Below, piece by piece: positions 1 through 10,804 of a stretch of 64,000 nt of DNA. Each line of letters opens with the position of its first letter. The first letter of the stretch is position 1. A program made the position numbers and the translations under genes. The stretch lies in assembly GCA_947496065.1 (NCBI GenBank), contig CANMBF010000011.1, positions 334 through 64,333 on the forward strand, given 5' to 3'. The stretch is from Bacteroidota bacterium. GTDB taxonomy: Bacteria > Bacteroidota > Bacteroidia > NS11-12g > UBA955. The notes beneath the pieces were generated by a model. It ran no database searches. It saw nothing but the letters and a program-made list of their open reading frames with translations, and was not told where the DNA came from.

Positions 1-1209
1 AGAACCAACCATCAAATTGCTTTGTACATTCGGTCCAACCATTCCTCCAAAAACGCGCAATGAATTGGCATCTCCATGATCATAGCCATACCAATCATTT
101 TGGTCGATAATTGGGTTGTGCTGCAAATTTCTGCCACACTCAGGCACAAAACACATAATGGTTTTGCCACTCATTTCAGGGATACTTTGAATATAATTCC
201 ATAAAAACCCTAAGGCATGATCGGCTCTATGCATCGCTTGCAAATAACCTGTAAAGTTTCCATGGCAGCCATCGATATTACTCATATTAACAACAAGTAG
301 TTTGGGCTTAAAAACACGTAGTACTTCTGCCGCATAACCTATGGTTGAACCATCACCACCACTTACCGGTGGCATAGGGAGCTGACCAGCAGCTTGTCTT
401 TGAAAAGTTGATGCGATGAATTCTTTGATTTTAGTTCTTTCATCATCGGTATTGCGAATGCCTGGCATATCTCCCTTCTTAATGTTAAATGAATTATCTA
501 AAAAATTCTTCATTTTATACATGGGTTCAAGTTCTTCTTGTGGGTGATAAATTTTGGCATTTGAAAGCGCGGCATATCCATCACTACCAAAAGTAACATT
601 GGGTGCAAAAAAATTGGCACCATATGTTAAACCAAAATCAGGATGTTTACTTGAATTTAGCAAGGGTACAGAATTACCTATTGTGTTGCCAATGAACCAT
701 GTGTCGGTTGCCCTATAACCACCAAATCTTCTTGCATATTCGAAAACTGTTGGATTGACGGGTCTAACTTTTAAACCTTGACCTTCAACACGAGAACCAG
801 TTATGAGAGAATTTAAACCACCGTAGTGTCCTCCAGAAATGGCGCGCATTTCGGCAAATATGGTACCTTGCTTTTGGAGTGTTTGAGATAAGATTTTTGG
901 AATCGGTTGTATACCGTCAGGCTGTCCTGAAGGAGTAGTTCCATATGCTATTTTACTGGCAGGAGGAGCGCCTTCTAACATATTGTATAAAATATTGCCA
1001 GCTACATTAAAATTTTGACTGTCGGATAAGTAACGTTGAAGTATGGAGTCTTGTTGTCTTAATCCACCGCCAAATAATACATAAACGACGTGTTCAGCCA
1101 ATGGAGCATTGGATTGCGCAAACAAACTTCCAGATGGAAGTATATATGGCAAAACAACACTTCCAGCTGCTAAGGCAGCGGTTTTTTTAACAAAATCTCT
1201 TCTTTTCAT
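1..1209 (-). CDS. DUF1501-family (sulfatase-like) protein with twin-arginine signal, partial (C-terminus runs off the window start)
   Basis: Not in the ORF track because it is open at the window edge. My translation from the CAT at 1207-1209 gives MKRRDFVKKTAALAAGSVVLPYILPSGS..., a Tat-type RRxFxK signal, and the frame stays open to base 1. Size and composition fit DUF1501. Confidence 0.7.
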   Translation of the reverse strand, partial: MKRRDFVKKTAALAAGSVVLPYILPSGSLFAQSNAPLAEHVVYVLFGGGLRQQDSILQRYLSDSQNFNVAGNILYNMLEGAPPASKIAYGTTPSGQPDGIQPIPKILSQTLQKQGTIFAEMRAISGGHYGGLNSLITGSRVEGQGLKVRPVNPTVFEYARRFGGYRATDTWFIGNTIGNSVPLLNSSKHPDFGLTYGANFFAPNVTFGSDGYAALSNAKIYHPQEELEPMYKMKNFLDNSFNIKKGDMPGIRNTDDERTKIKEFIASTFQRQAAGQLPMPPVSGGDGSTIGYAAEVLRVFKPKLLVVNMSNIDGCHGNFTGYLQAMHRADHALGFLWNYIQSIPEMSGKTIMCFVPECGRNLQHNPIIDQNDWYGYDHGDANSLRVFGGMVGPNVQSNLMVGS

Positions 1210-1221
1210 TTTAGTTCAAGT

Positions 1222-1725
1222 TTAGTAAAACATATATTCATCCGAAGCCGAAAATGCTGTATATACCAATTCAGGTCTGAAACTTGGATTCGATTTATTG
1301 GCATTGATAAAATTTATAAACCAGGTTTTTTCAGCCTCTGTTGGTCTTCTTATAAAGAATCTTACGTAGGTTTCCTCAACAAAACGCTCAGTACTATCAA
1401 CCATCCTTTTTCTGCTAGGCAAAATAACTTGGCTGGAATTCATATAGTTACTGATAATAACTTCATTGATTAAAGTTTTATCGCCACAGCTCTGAATAAC
1501 CCTGTCTGTGCGTGTTAATTCATTAATTGACGATGGTTTTTGAAATAAATTAGTACTTAGAATACTGTGAAATTCAATATTTGTTTTATCCTTGTCTTTA
1601 TTCAAATTATCGCCATAAGAAGGTGTTTCCACTATTTCATAGCGTGTGTTTCTGTCCTTTTTACATTGGACAAATGAAAATAAAAAGCAACTTATCAAAA
1701 GGAATTTAAAAATGCGCATATTCAT
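1222..1725 (-). CDS. hypothetical lipoprotein (paralogous module to the upstream gene)
   Basis: Signal peptide with lipobox (FLFSFVQC). Contains FFIRRPTEAEK and a C-terminal SDEYMFY that mirror motifs in the neighbouring 1706-2620 protein. Lies 12 nt upstream of the DUF1501 gene. Confidence 0.55.
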   Translation of the reverse strand: MNMRIFKFLLISCFLFSFVQCKKDRNTRYEIVETPSYGDNLNKDKDKTNIEFHSILSTNLFQKPSSINELTRTDRVIQSCGDKTLINEVIISNYMNSSQVILPSRKRMVDSTERFVEETYVRFFIRRPTEAEKTWFINFINANKSNPSFRPELVYTAFSASDEYMFY

Positions 1726-2620
1726 CGGTCATTAAAATGAGGGTTTGTACTTTTTGTAAATTTTGAGTAGGATAGTAATCTACCATTAAATTGTAGGTCT
1801 CCTGAGTAGTAGGCTCACGCCCAATCAAGGCAAGGTAACACCATTTGATCATGCCTTCGTGGAATTCACGAGAATTAACCAAAAGTTGGCAGTATTCCGC
1901 TTTATTTGAGGCATAACCACCAAATAAACTGCCACCTTTATCCAAATCAATAATATCGTATGCAATAGTGAATTCGTCCTTTATTGGAAATCGAAAAAAT
2001 AAATCATCAAATGAAGCGTTCACAAAATTCAGTGTATTCATGTTTATAACATCATAAATGGGATTATTCAACATGCGCGCATACATTTGGTTTATGTTAA
2101 TGATACCCAATTGGTATTCTCTTCGAGAGCGCAAGACATTTTTACAGCGATCAATGGTTACCATTGCTGAGAAAACGCCAATAGAGTCACCTAACAAACG
2201 CGCTGAAATCAATCCAAATCGCGCATTTCCAATTTCACCCTCAAATTCTCCATCTTCAGCACCTTCTAGTAAGCGTGCTTTTGTCAAATCATAGATCCTT
2301 TGATAATAGGCTCTTTTATATGAGGAATCACCTGGAACAAATATGGAATCAGTCATTAATCTTGTAATAATTTGCTTTCTAGTTTCAAAGCTTAATTTTC
2401 CATCTCGCATTATACCAACATCTCTCAATTTTTCAGTATTTAATGGCTCACGACCAAGCAAATCAATATACACTCTATTGATATAATTTTCCACTTTAAC
2501 GGTCGGAATATCCTCGTAATTCTTTGGCAAATTGCCAGTCACCAGCTTTTCATCTTTTTTAGAACAAGAAGCAAGCAATAACAGGCAAAAAGAAAATAAA
2601 ACAGATGATTTAAGCATCAT
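1706..2620 (-). CDS. hypothetical lipoprotein with two LGREP-type repeats
   Basis: The likely start is the MM at 2620 rather than the TTG at 2704, giving MMLKSSVLFSFCLLLLASC with a lipobox. Motifs DLLGREPLNTEKL and ALIGREPTTQET, and a C-terminal TDEYAHF. Confidence 0.55.
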   Translation of the reverse strand: MMLKSSVLFSFCLLLLASCSKKDEKLVTGNLPKNYEDIPTVKVENYINRVYIDLLGREPLNTEKLRDVGIMRDGKLSFETRKQIITRLMTDSIFVPGDSSYKRAYYQRIYDLTKARLLEGAEDGEFEGEIGNARFGLISARLLGDSIGVFSAMVTIDRCKNVLRSRREYQLGIININQMYARMLNNPIYDVINMNTLNFVNASFDDLFFRFPIKDEFTIAYDIIDLDKGGSLFGGYASNKAEYCQLLVNSREFHEGMIKWCYLALIGREPTTQETYNLMVDYYPTQNLQKVQTLILMTDEYAHF

Positions 2621-2952
2621 GGTTTTTAAATCGTATAAAAGTGAAAAGTAGAAAAAAATACCCAATTTAACAAGATTAATCGTATGAAAATTTATAACTA
2701 ACAAATTAACAAATATATAGAGCGTATTTTATTTTTCGTTTTTGCCTTAATTGTTAAAACAATTTAAAGAAAATGAAGAATTTATTAGTTTTATTACAGG
2801 CAAGTGTCTTGCGCTCAAAAAACCAAATTAAAAGAAGTAATAAAATTACCTATGTCTTAAAAATAAGCCATTAGTCAGTAAAAACTGACCTTTTGGGCGA
2901 AAATTTTTACTGTATATAACTTATATTTAAGCATATTTGCAAGCTCATATAA

Positions 2953-3972
2953 ATGTCAAATCACCAAGCCTCAGATATCCTTCAAGCCATTCAATCCATT
3001 GCGGCACCAAAAGTAATTATTACAACGCATCACAAACCAGATGCAGATGCAATGGGGTCAAGCTTAGGTTTGCAATTATTCTTGAAAAACTTTGGCATCG
3101 CTTCTACGGTCATAACACCTACCGATTTTGCTTCTTTTTTACATTGGATGAAAGGCAGCAATGAAGTTGTTATTTTTGAAGGGAATGAAAAAAAAGCAAC
3201 GCAGATGGCTATGGAAGCTGATTTCATTTTTTGCCTAGATTTTAATCATCTATCAAGAATCAATGAATTTGGCGAGGCTGTTGGCAACAGTAAAGCGATA
3301 AAAATATTGATGGACCATCATCAATTTCCTCAAGGCTTCGAACAACTTACCTATTGGGACGACAAAGCAAGTAGTACTTGTGAATTGGTTCATAGATTCA
3401 TCACAGAAAGTAATAACCATTCCAACATTGATAAGGATTGTGCGGCTTGCTTGTATACAGGTTTAATGACTGATACAGGATCTTTTAGACATAGCAATTG
3501 CACGAGTAATACGCATAGAATTGCTGCCGATTTAATGGACTATGGTATAGATCATGTTGCTATCCATGACTTGGTATTCGATAGTTTTACCGAGGATAGA
3601 GTTAGATTTATTGGTTACGCATTGAATAAGAAACTCGAAATATTACGAGAATACAAAACCGCCATTATTAGCATTAATAAAGACGAGCTAAAGCAATTTA
3701 ATATACAGACTGGTGATACTGAAGGCTTAGTAAATTATGGATTAGGGATAGAAGGTATTAAATTTGCAATATTGGTGATTGATCGTTCAAAATTAGTCAA
3801 GATGAGTTTTAGAAGTAAGGGTAACTTTGCAGCCAATGCATTTGCAATGAATCACTTCAATGGAGGAGGACATTTTAATGCGGCTGGAGGAAGTAGTACT
3901 GCTACACTTGAAGAAACTGTGCATCAGGTTAAGGAGAATTTAAAATTATATAGTCAAGAACTCAATGCGTAA
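2953..3972 (+). CDS. nrnA: DHH/DHHA1 family phosphoesterase (NrnA-like oligoribonuclease / pAp phosphatase)
   Basis: Motifs HHKPDADAMGS, MDHHQFP and GGGHFNAAG are typical of the DHH and DHHA1 domains. Confidence 0.8.
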   Translation: MSNHQASDILQAIQSIAAPKVIITTHHKPDADAMGSSLGLQLFLKNFGIASTVITPTDFASFLHWMKGSNEVVIFEGNEKKATQMAMEADFIFCLDFNHLSRINEFGEAVGNSKAIKILMDHHQFPQGFEQLTYWDDKASSTCELVHRFITESNNHSNIDKDCAACLYTGLMTDTGSFRHSNCTSNTHRIAADLMDYGIDHVAIHDLVFDSFTEDRVRFIGYALNKKLEILREYKTAIISINKDELKQFNIQTGDTEGLVNYGLGIEGIKFAILVIDRSKLVKMSFRSKGNFAANAFAMNHFNGGGHFNAAGGSSTATLEETVHQVKENLKLYSQELNA

Positions 3973-4834
3973 AAGCCATTACACAATTCTTCTTATATTA
4001 ATTACAAGCATAACCGCCTGTAGCAGATATTCTAAAACCGAAAGCGGACTGCGTTTTAAATTTTTAAAAAGAAGCGAAAAGACAACATTGCCTGCAATTG
4101 GCGATTATTTGCAATGCTATTACAGCATTACTAATTCTGAGGATTCAATTGTTTTTAGTAATTTTAATAGAACACCAGATAGAATATTATTGGTTGCACC
4201 AACGCATAAAGGTGGTGATATAATGGAAGCTTTGGGTATTATGGCCGAAGGGGATAGCGCACAATTTTTAATCAATGCAGATTCATTTTTCTTTAAAACC
4301 AGATTAGAAACTGTTTTGCCAAATTATATTAAAACTGGTAGTGACTTGAAGTTTATTGTGAAGATGGACAAAAGGATGAATAAATTTCAAGTTGATAGTG
4401 TAATAAATACCGAGAAAATAGCCCGCTGGAATGAGGAGGTTAAAAATATTATGACTTATGTTAAGTCCAAGGGCTTGACAATGGAACTTGATTCTACAAC
4501 GGGCATTCGCTCTCAGTTTCATGCCAAATCAAGTGCCGATACTGCCAAGCAAATTCATGAGAATAGTATTGTTAAATTTCATTTTATAGGAAAGTTGTTT
4601 GATGGTACAGAATTTTATAACACCTATACCATGGGACAACCGCAAATCATCCGCGTCTCGAGAGATCAATTCCAACCCCTTGGCTTATATGATTTACTCA
4701 TAAAAATGAAAGAAGGCGAAAAGGCCACCTTTATTTTGCCTTATGACTTAGGATTTGGCGCCAAAGGTGTCGATTTAATGATACCGCCTTTCTCAACACT
4801 AGTATACGAAATAAATATTTTAAAAGTAGAATAA
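3965..4834 (+). CDS. FKBP-type peptidyl-prolyl cis-trans isomerase lipoprotein
   Basis: Lipobox ITAC. C-terminal FKBP domain (FHFIGKLFDGTEF...LPYDLGFGAKG...IPPFSTLVYEINIL). Overlaps the nrnA stop by 8 nt. Confidence 0.75.
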   Translation: MRKSHYTILLILITSITACSRYSKTESGLRFKFLKRSEKTTLPAIGDYLQCYYSITNSEDSIVFSNFNRTPDRILLVAPTHKGGDIMEALGIMAEGDSAQFLINADSFFFKTRLETVLPNYIKTGSDLKFIVKMDKRMNKFQVDSVINTEKIARWNEEVKNIMTYVKSKGLTMELDSTTGIRSQFHAKSSADTAKQIHENSIVKFHFIGKLFDGTEFYNTYTMGQPQIIRVSRDQFQPLGLYDLLIKMKEGEKATFILPYDLGFGAKGVDLMIPPFSTLVYEINILKVE

Positions 4835-5629
4835 ATGAAAAAAACGATTAACCTATTATTCCTGTTTCTGTCAATTGGTTTATTACAAGCCGAGGGCATA
4901 AAAAGTGACACTGTAACCACAAAAACTGGTTTACGCTATGTAATAACTACAAAAAATTCAAAGGGTATTATGCCAGCTGTTGGCGATCAGATAGAGGCGC
5001 ATTATACTGGAACACTCACCAATGGCAAAAAATTTGATAGTTCAAAGGATCGCAATAAAACGTTTTCTTTTACGCTAGGTGCCCAGCAGGTAATTCCTGG
5101 TTGGGACGAAGGTTTCTCATATCTTAAAACAGGTGAATCAGCCACCCTTATAATTCCTTCTGAACTTGGTTATGGTGCGCAAGATATGGGCGATATTCCA
5201 CCCAACTCAACTTTAATTTTTGAAGTTGAATTAGTGAGTGTCAAAAAGCCGATCGCTTATACAGCATACAGCGGCAAGGGAAAAGATACTGTTAAGTTAA
5301 AATCAGGTTTGAAATATATTATTATAAATCCTGGCGATATAAATAAAAAAGCAATAGAAGGCCAAACGGCTTCTATATATTATGCAGGATATTTAACAAC
5401 TGGAGAAAAATTTGATGGCAACTTCGGTACTTTTGAGCCCTTTAAATTACCAGTAGTTGGTGCAGGTGTCATTGGTGGTTGGAGAGAAATATTGCCACTG
5501 ATGAACAAAGGAATGAAAGTAAGAGTGATTATCCCGTCCTATTTGGCTTATGGCGAAAAAGGATACCCTGGTGTTATTCCACCCAATGCCACACTTATTT
5601 TCGATATGTATCTTGAAGATTTATTGTAA
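4835..5629 (+). CDS. FKBP-type peptidyl-prolyl isomerase with two FKBP domains
   Basis: Signal peptide. Two copies of the FKBP signature (HYTGTLTNGKKFDSS...IPGWDEG...PPNSTLIFEVEL and YYAGYLTTGEKFD...GGWRE...PPNATLIFDMYL). Confidence 0.8.
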   Translation: MKKTINLLFLFLSIGLLQAEGIKSDTVTTKTGLRYVITTKNSKGIMPAVGDQIEAHYTGTLTNGKKFDSSKDRNKTFSFTLGAQQVIPGWDEGFSYLKTGESATLIIPSELGYGAQDMGDIPPNSTLIFEVELVSVKKPIAYTAYSGKGKDTVKLKSGLKYIIINPGDINKKAIEGQTASIYYAGYLTTGEKFDGNFGTFEPFKLPVVGAGVIGGWREILPLMNKGMKVRVIIPSYLAYGEKGYPGVIPPNATLIFDMYLEDLL

Positions 5630-5648
5630 AATTGAAAACGCGAAAATA

Positions 5649-6704
5649 ATGACAAAGAAAATATTAATAACGGGTGGCGCAGGTTTTATAGGTTCTCATG
5701 TGGTAAGGCGATTTGTTAATCTTTACCCGTCTTATGAAATTTATAATTTAGATAAATTAACCTATGCGGGTAATTTGGAAAATTTAAAAGACATTGAAAA
5801 TAAATCCAATTATCACTTTGTAAAAGGAGATATTACCGATGCTGAATTTCTGCAGCAGTTGTTTCACCAACATCAATTTGATGGTGTAATACATTTGGCA
5901 GCCGAATCACATGTTGACCGTTCCATTTCAAATCCACTTGAATTTGTATTAACCAATGTGGTTGGTACTGTCAATTTATTGAATGCGGCCAAAAGCATGT
6001 GGCACAATCAGTATGCCGATAAAATTTTCTACCATGTTAGTACAGATGAAGTCTATGGTCAATTGGGCGACGAAGGTAAATTTTTAGAAACAACCGCCTA
6101 TAGTCCAAACTCACCCTATTCAGCATCTAAGGCATCAAGCGACCACTTTGTAAGAGCATACCACCATACCTATGGCATGCAGGTAAAAATTTCTAATTGT
6201 AGTAATAATTATGGCTCGCATCATTTTCCGGAAAAATTAATTCCATTGATGATTAATAATATTATGAACAATAAGCCATTGCCCGTTTATGGCAAGGGCG
6301 AAAATGTAAGAGATTGGCTATTTGTTGAGGACCATGCGCGTGCAATTGATGATATTTACCACAAAGGAAGAAATGGTGAAACCTATAATATTGGGGGCAA
6401 TAATGAATGGCAAAATATCGAATTGGTAAAGTTTTTATGCCAATTAATGGATAGAAAATTAGCAAGAGAAATAGGTGAATCGGAAGCATTAATAAGTTAT
6501 GTAACAGACAGAGCGGGTCACGATTTCAGGTATGCAATTGATGCAAGCAAATTGATGAATGAATTGGGTTGGGAACCTTCTGTTACTTTTGAACAAGGAT
6601 TAGAAAAAACGGTAGATTGGTATTTGGCAAATCAAGAGTGGCTAAAGAATGTTACCACTGGTAATTACCAACAATATTATCAATCAATGTACGCAAGCAG
6701 ATAA
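5649..6704 (+). CDS. rfbB: dTDP-glucose 4,6-dehydratase
   Basis: Start moved to the ATG at 5649 ([17 protein letters not shown] Rossmann motif). YSASKASSD catalytic motif. The ORF-track extension from 5550 overlaps the FKBP gene. Confidence 0.9.
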   Translation: MTKKILITGGAGFIGSHVVRRFVNLYPSYEIYNLDKLTYAGNLENLKDIENKSNYHFVKGDITDAEFLQQLFHQHQFDGVIHLAAESHVDRSISNPLEFVLTNVVGTVNLLNAAKSMWHNQYADKIFYHVSTDEVYGQLGDEGKFLETTAYSPNSPYSASKASSDHFVRAYHHTYGMQVKISNCSNNYGSHHFPEKLIPLMINNIMNNKPLPVYGKGENVRDWLFVEDHARAIDDIYHKGRNGETYNIGGNNEWQNIELVKFLCQLMDRKLAREIGESEALISYVTDRAGHDFRYAIDASKLMNELGWEPSVTFEQGLEKTVDWYLANQEWLKNVTTGNYQQYYQSMYASR

Positions 6705-6718
6705 AAAAAGCAAAGAAT

Positions 6719-7582
6719 ATGAAAGGAATAATTTTAGCTGGTGGCAGTGGCACCCGATTGCATCCATTAACACTTGCAGTAAGCAAGCAAATGATGCCTG
6801 TGTATGATAAGCCTATGATTTATTATCCACTATCAACCTTAATGATGGCTGGAATTAAAGAAATATTAATTATTTCAACGCCTCATGATTTACCCCATTT
6901 TCAAAAGTTGTTAGGAGATGGAAAGCAATTGGGTTGTGAATTTACATATGCGGAGCAAGCTGTTCCCAACGGTTTAGCGCAAGCATTTGTCATTGGCGAA
7001 CAATTCATTGGTAAAGATAAAGTTGCACTTATTTTGGGTGATAATATTTTCTTTGGATCTTCATTGCAATCGCTTCTGCAATCTAACAATAACCCAACGG
7101 GTGGGGTTATTTATGCCTACCATGTTAGCGATCCAGAAAGATATGGCGTTGTAGAATTTGATGAAAACAATGTAGCCATAAGTATTGAAGAAAAACCGTT
7201 GCATCCAAAATCTAATTATGCAGTTCCAGGCTTATATTTTTATGACAATGATGTTGTAGAAATTGCAAAAAATTTACAACCATCACCAAGAGGAGAATAT
7301 GAGATTACGGATGTCAATAAAGAATATTTAAAACGCGGAAAATTAAAAGTTGGCATATTGCAGCGTGGCACAGCATGGCTCGATACAGGTACTTTCAATA
7401 GTTTAATGCAAGCTGGTCAATTCGTTCAAGTAATTGAAGAGCGCCAAGGATGGAAAATAGGAAGTATTGAAGAAGTAGCATGGAGAATGGGTTATATTAA
7501 CAACGAACAATTAGAAAAGATAGCACAACCACTTGTTAAAAGTGGATATGGTGAATATTTAATTAAATTATTAAAAAAATGA
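6719..7582 (+). CDS. rfbA: glucose-1-phosphate thymidylyltransferase
   Basis: [18 protein letters not shown]...SKQ...[10 protein letters not shown] matches the classic RmlA N-terminus. Adjacent to rfbB. Confidence 0.9.
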   Translation: MKGIILAGGSGTRLHPLTLAVSKQMMPVYDKPMIYYPLSTLMMAGIKEILIISTPHDLPHFQKLLGDGKQLGCEFTYAEQAVPNGLAQAFVIGEQFIGKDKVALILGDNIFFGSSLQSLLQSNNNPTGGVIYAYHVSDPERYGVVEFDENNVAISIEEKPLHPKSNYAVPGLYFYDNDVVEIAKNLQPSPRGEYEITDVNKEYLKRGKLKVGILQRGTAWLDTGTFNSLMQAGQFVQVIEERQGWKIGSIEEVAWRMGYINNEQLEKIAQPLVKSGYGEYLIKLLKK

Positions 7583-8409
7583 AGCAAGAAAAAATAGTAT
7601 TTTATTATTGGATTGATAAGGTTTTTAAAGGTTTAAAGTTATTTGCCTTTGCTTTATTTGCTATTTTCCTTTTACCAGGCTGTAAATCATACACCTCAAA
7701 CGTATTATTACAAGCAGAAAAAGAGGAAATCAATTGGAAGTCGGAATATCAAAAAACCATTATTGATTATCCCATTAAAATAGGCGATAAAATTCAATTT
7801 ACACTATATACCAATGCGGGTGAATCTATTATTGATCCGTCGGGTAAACTCATTGCTGCAACAACTATGGGAGATGTTAATACTTTGTCTGGTGATAAAC
7901 CTTCGTTTGAAGTTTCTGAAGCGGGAAGTTGCCATTTTCCAGTTATCGGCAAGCAAATGGTAATGGGATTAAAAATGTCTCAGTTAGATAGTTTACTTTC
8001 CTCGAAATTTGAAAATTATTATAACGAGGTCTACGTTATTTCAAAAGTTGTCAATAAAAAAATAATTATTTTGGGTGGAATGGGTAGCAAAATAGTGCCA
8101 TTCACAAGTCCCACAATGAATCTTCTTGAAGCAATTGCCTTATATGGTGGAATCGATAACACTTCTAAGGGTTATAATATTAGAATTGTACGTGGAGATT
8201 TAAAGAACCCTGAAATGACAATTGTCAACTTAAGAACCATTGCGGATATGAAGAGCTCGATAATCAGTTTAAAACCAGATGATATTGTTTATATAGAACC
8301 AGTGAGAAGACCTGTTGCTGAAAGTGCTAGAGATAATATGTTTATCATCAATATTGTGCAAGTACTTTTTACATTTTCAATCTTAGTTAATACATTAGTT
8401 GCCAAATAA
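7579..8409 (+). CDS. polysaccharide export outer-membrane lipoprotein (Wza-like)
   Basis: Lipobox LLPGC. Poly_export/SLBB-like segments ([20 protein letters not shown]). Sits directly upstream of the Wzc-like kinase with ATGA and TAATG overlaps. Confidence 0.7.
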   Translation: MKQEKIVFYYWIDKVFKGLKLFAFALFAIFLLPGCKSYTSNVLLQAEKEEINWKSEYQKTIIDYPIKIGDKIQFTLYTNAGESIIDPSGKLIAATTMGDVNTLSGDKPSFEVSEAGSCHFPVIGKQMVMGLKMSQLDSLLSSKFENYYNEVYVISKVVNKKIIILGGMGSKIVPFTSPTMNLLEAIALYGGIDNTSKGYNIRIVRGDLKNPEMTIVNLRTIADMKSSIISLKPDDIVYIEPVRRPVAESARDNMFIINIVQVLFTFSILVNTLVAK

Positions 8410-10802
8410 TGAAAGATGATAATTTAAATGTTGAGAACATTGAATCAGCGAATATTGAATTCGATATTCAAAAACTTATTTTAATCCTAAAAAAGACTTG
8501 GTATTGGCTTCCTATTTCAATTTTTTTATCTATCGTAGGCAGCCACTATTACTTAAAATACACAAAACCTGTATACAAGGCTTCCTCTTTGATAAAATTA
8601 GAAATCCAAAGAGAAGCTTCAAACCTTGGATTAGGTAGTTTATCAAGTGGTCAAAATGACAATCTTTCAGGAGAAATCGAATTAATTCGTTCGCCTCTAG
8701 TAGCCCAGGATGTATTAAACATTGTTGACCTATCCACTTCATATTTTGCAATTGGAAATATACAAACTACCGAGATTTTCAGAAATTCTCCTTTTAAAGT
8801 GCAAATTTTTTCTGAGGCAATGTATACGCCATTTGACAAGAATTTTGCAGTTTCATTTTCAGATAAATTACAATATCAAATTTCTGAAATGGACAATAAG
8901 GAGAGTGAAAGCCAAACACATAAAATTGGAGATATTGTAACCATGGGGCAGTTTAAATTTGCTATTGTACATGATAAAGGGGTTTCGGCAATTGAGGATC
9001 AAAAGAATTATTATTTTCGAATTAATAGCAAGGCTAGTTTGATTAGCTCAATTATTAGTAATTTAAGTGTCATTGCCTCGAATGATGAAGCCCGAACAAT
9101 TCAAATAACATTTACTGATTATAATAAAGAAAAGGCGCGTGTAATTGTGAATGCTTTTGATACAGTGTATCTAAAGCACTCGCTAGAGAAGAAGCAAAAA
9201 TCACAAGAGCAAACCTTGTTATATATTCAATCACAAATTGAGGAAACCTCTAATAAATTAGATAAGTATGAAAACGACATAGAAAGTTTTGTTAAATCCT
9301 CTGGCACTTCGGCTCCTGAAGCAGAGTTTGCAGTTATCGCCAAGGAACTTGATGAGCTAGAAAAAAATAAATTCGAAATAAGTCAATCGGCACAATCAAC
9401 AGATGGTATTTTGGAATTCATTCAAAAAAATGAAAGCAAAGACAATATAGTGCCCTTGGTGTATGGTATTGAAAATAAGGAAATCGCCAATGGCATAAAT
9501 GAATTAAACAACCTTTTTAAACAACGAGAATTGTTGAAAATTTCCAATAAAGAAGTAACACTTCCATACCGAAAAATTGAGTTAGAAATTTCAATGATAA
9601 AATCTCAAATTTTAAATTTTGTAAAGGAAAGTAAGAAGAACATTGCAGAGCAAACGGCATTAATTAGCAAAAAAATTGCCGAATTAAAAGGGCAATATTC
9701 AACGCTTCCTTCCAAAAAAACAGAATTTGATAGGCTCAAGCGTTTCAACTCACTTTATGAAAAATTTTATCTTTCATTGGTAGAAAAACAAATTGAGTAT
9801 CAAATATCGAAGGCGGGCACTGTTCCTGAATTTATAATACTAAGTGAGGCAACTGTATCAGATATGCCAATTTCACCTAACAGAACTAAAATTTGGTCCT
9901 TGTTTATCATCATTGGAATTTTACCCATCATTATTTATATGGTTGTAAAATATCTAATGATGAATGTTCTCTATTCTCAAAAGCAAATAGAGAATAAATT
10001 AATGGCACCAATTTTAGGCTCCATACCAACCTACCAGAAAAAAATGCCGGCTTCTACACTCGTGGTAGATGGTAATCCTAAATCTTCAATAACTGAATCT
10101 TTAAGGGGCATCAGAACCAATTCAGATTTTATGTTGCCCAAAAAATCAAAACAAATTTTTGGTGTAACCTCTACAATTAGTGGCGAGGGTAAAACATTTT
10201 TTGCAATTAATTTTGCAGCAATTTTAGCCTTAACGGGCAAGAGAGTTGTTATATTAGATTTGGACATGCGTAAACCTAAAATTCACGTAGGCTTCAACGT
10301 TGAAAATAAAGAAGGCATTAGCTCTATTTTATCTGGTATTTCTGAATGGAGAAATACAATACACAAATCAAGTCTAACGAATCTAGATTTTATTACTTCT
10401 GGTCCGATTCCACCAAATCCCAATGAATTACTATTGAAAAAGGAATTTGTTGATTTACTTGATAACCTCCACCAAGATTATGATATTATTATGGCAGATA
10501 ATCCGCCTATTGGTCTAGTGACGGATGCAAATAATGTATTTAAAAAATGTGATTTATCAATCTATGTAGTGCGTTCAGGCTTCTCAAAAGAAGTTGTTAT
10601 TAGCAACATCAATAACCTCTATAAAAGTAAAAATTATACCAATTTATCAGTTGTTATTAACGATGTCAATAAGTCGAACACCTATGGCAGTAAATACGGA
10701 AATAATTACGGCTATGGCTTTGGTTATGGCTACTATGATGACGATCAGGCTAAGAAAAATGGCTTGCTCGCTAAATTGACCAAGTATTTTAAAAAGCAAT
10801 AG
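8409..10802 (+). CDS. exopolysaccharide chain-length determinant / BY-type tyrosine autokinase (Wzc-like)
   Basis: N-terminal Wzz-like domain with two TM segments and a long coiled coil. Walker A TSTISGEGKT, Walker A-prime ILDLDMRKP, Walker B DIIMADNPP. C-terminal tyrosine cluster YGSKYGNNYGYGFGYGYYDDD (nt 10681-10745). Confidence 0.85.
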   Translation: MKDDNLNVENIESANIEFDIQKLILILKKTWYWLPISIFLSIVGSHYYLKYTKPVYKASSLIKLEIQREASNLGLGSLSSGQNDNLSGEIELIRSPLVAQDVLNIVDLSTSYFAIGNIQTTEIFRNSPFKVQIFSEAMYTPFDKNFAVSFSDKLQYQISEMDNKESESQTHKIGDIVTMGQFKFAIVHDKGVSAIEDQKNYYFRINSKASLISSIISNLSVIASNDEARTIQITFTDYNKEKARVIVNAFDTVYLKHSLEKKQKSQEQTLLYIQSQIEETSNKLDKYENDIESFVKSSGTSAPEAEFAVIAKELDELEKNKFEISQSAQSTDGILEFIQKNESKDNIVPLVYGIENKEIANGINELNNLFKQRELLKISNKEVTLPYRKIELEISMIKSQILNFVKESKKNIAEQTALISKKIAELKGQYSTLPSKKTEFDRLKRFNSLYEKFYLSLVEKQIEYQISKAGTVPEFIILSEATVSDMPISPNRTKIWSLFIIIGILPIIIYMVVKYLMMNVLYSQKQIENKLMAPILGSIPTYQKKMPASTLVVDGNPKSSITESLRGIRTNSDFMLPKKSKQIFGVTSTISGEGKTFFAINFAAILALTGKRVVILDLDMRKPKIHVGFNVENKEGISSILSGISEWRNTIHKSSLTNLDFITSGPIPPNPNELLLKKEFVDLLDNLHQDYDIIMADNPPIGLVTDANNVFKKCDLSIYVVRSGFSKEVVISNINNLYKSKNYTNLSVVINDVNKSNTYGSKYGNNYGYGFGYGYYDDDQAKKNGLLAKLTKYFKKQ

Positions 10803-10804
10803 GC

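Noticed and set aside
1706-1725. Possible frameshift that would fuse the two lipoprotein ORFs into one DUF1800-sized gene
   Set aside because: The downstream ORF has its own complete signal peptide and lipobox, and both proteins end in the same C-terminal motif. They are therefore tandem paralogues, not halves of one gene.
2773-2889. 33-codon ORF (MKNLLVLLQASVLRSKNQIKRSNKITYVLKISH) followed by a GTCAGT/ACTGAC hairpin and a T-rich stretch in the nrnA upstream spacer
   Set aside because: The hairpin is only 6 bp and AT-rich. The peptide has no recognisable features. Nothing distinguishes it from chance in AT-rich DNA.
5550-5648. N-terminal extension of rfbB in the ORF track
   Set aside because: The extension overlaps the end of the FKBP gene and has no dehydratase counterpart. 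The Rossmann motif begins right after the ATG at 5649.
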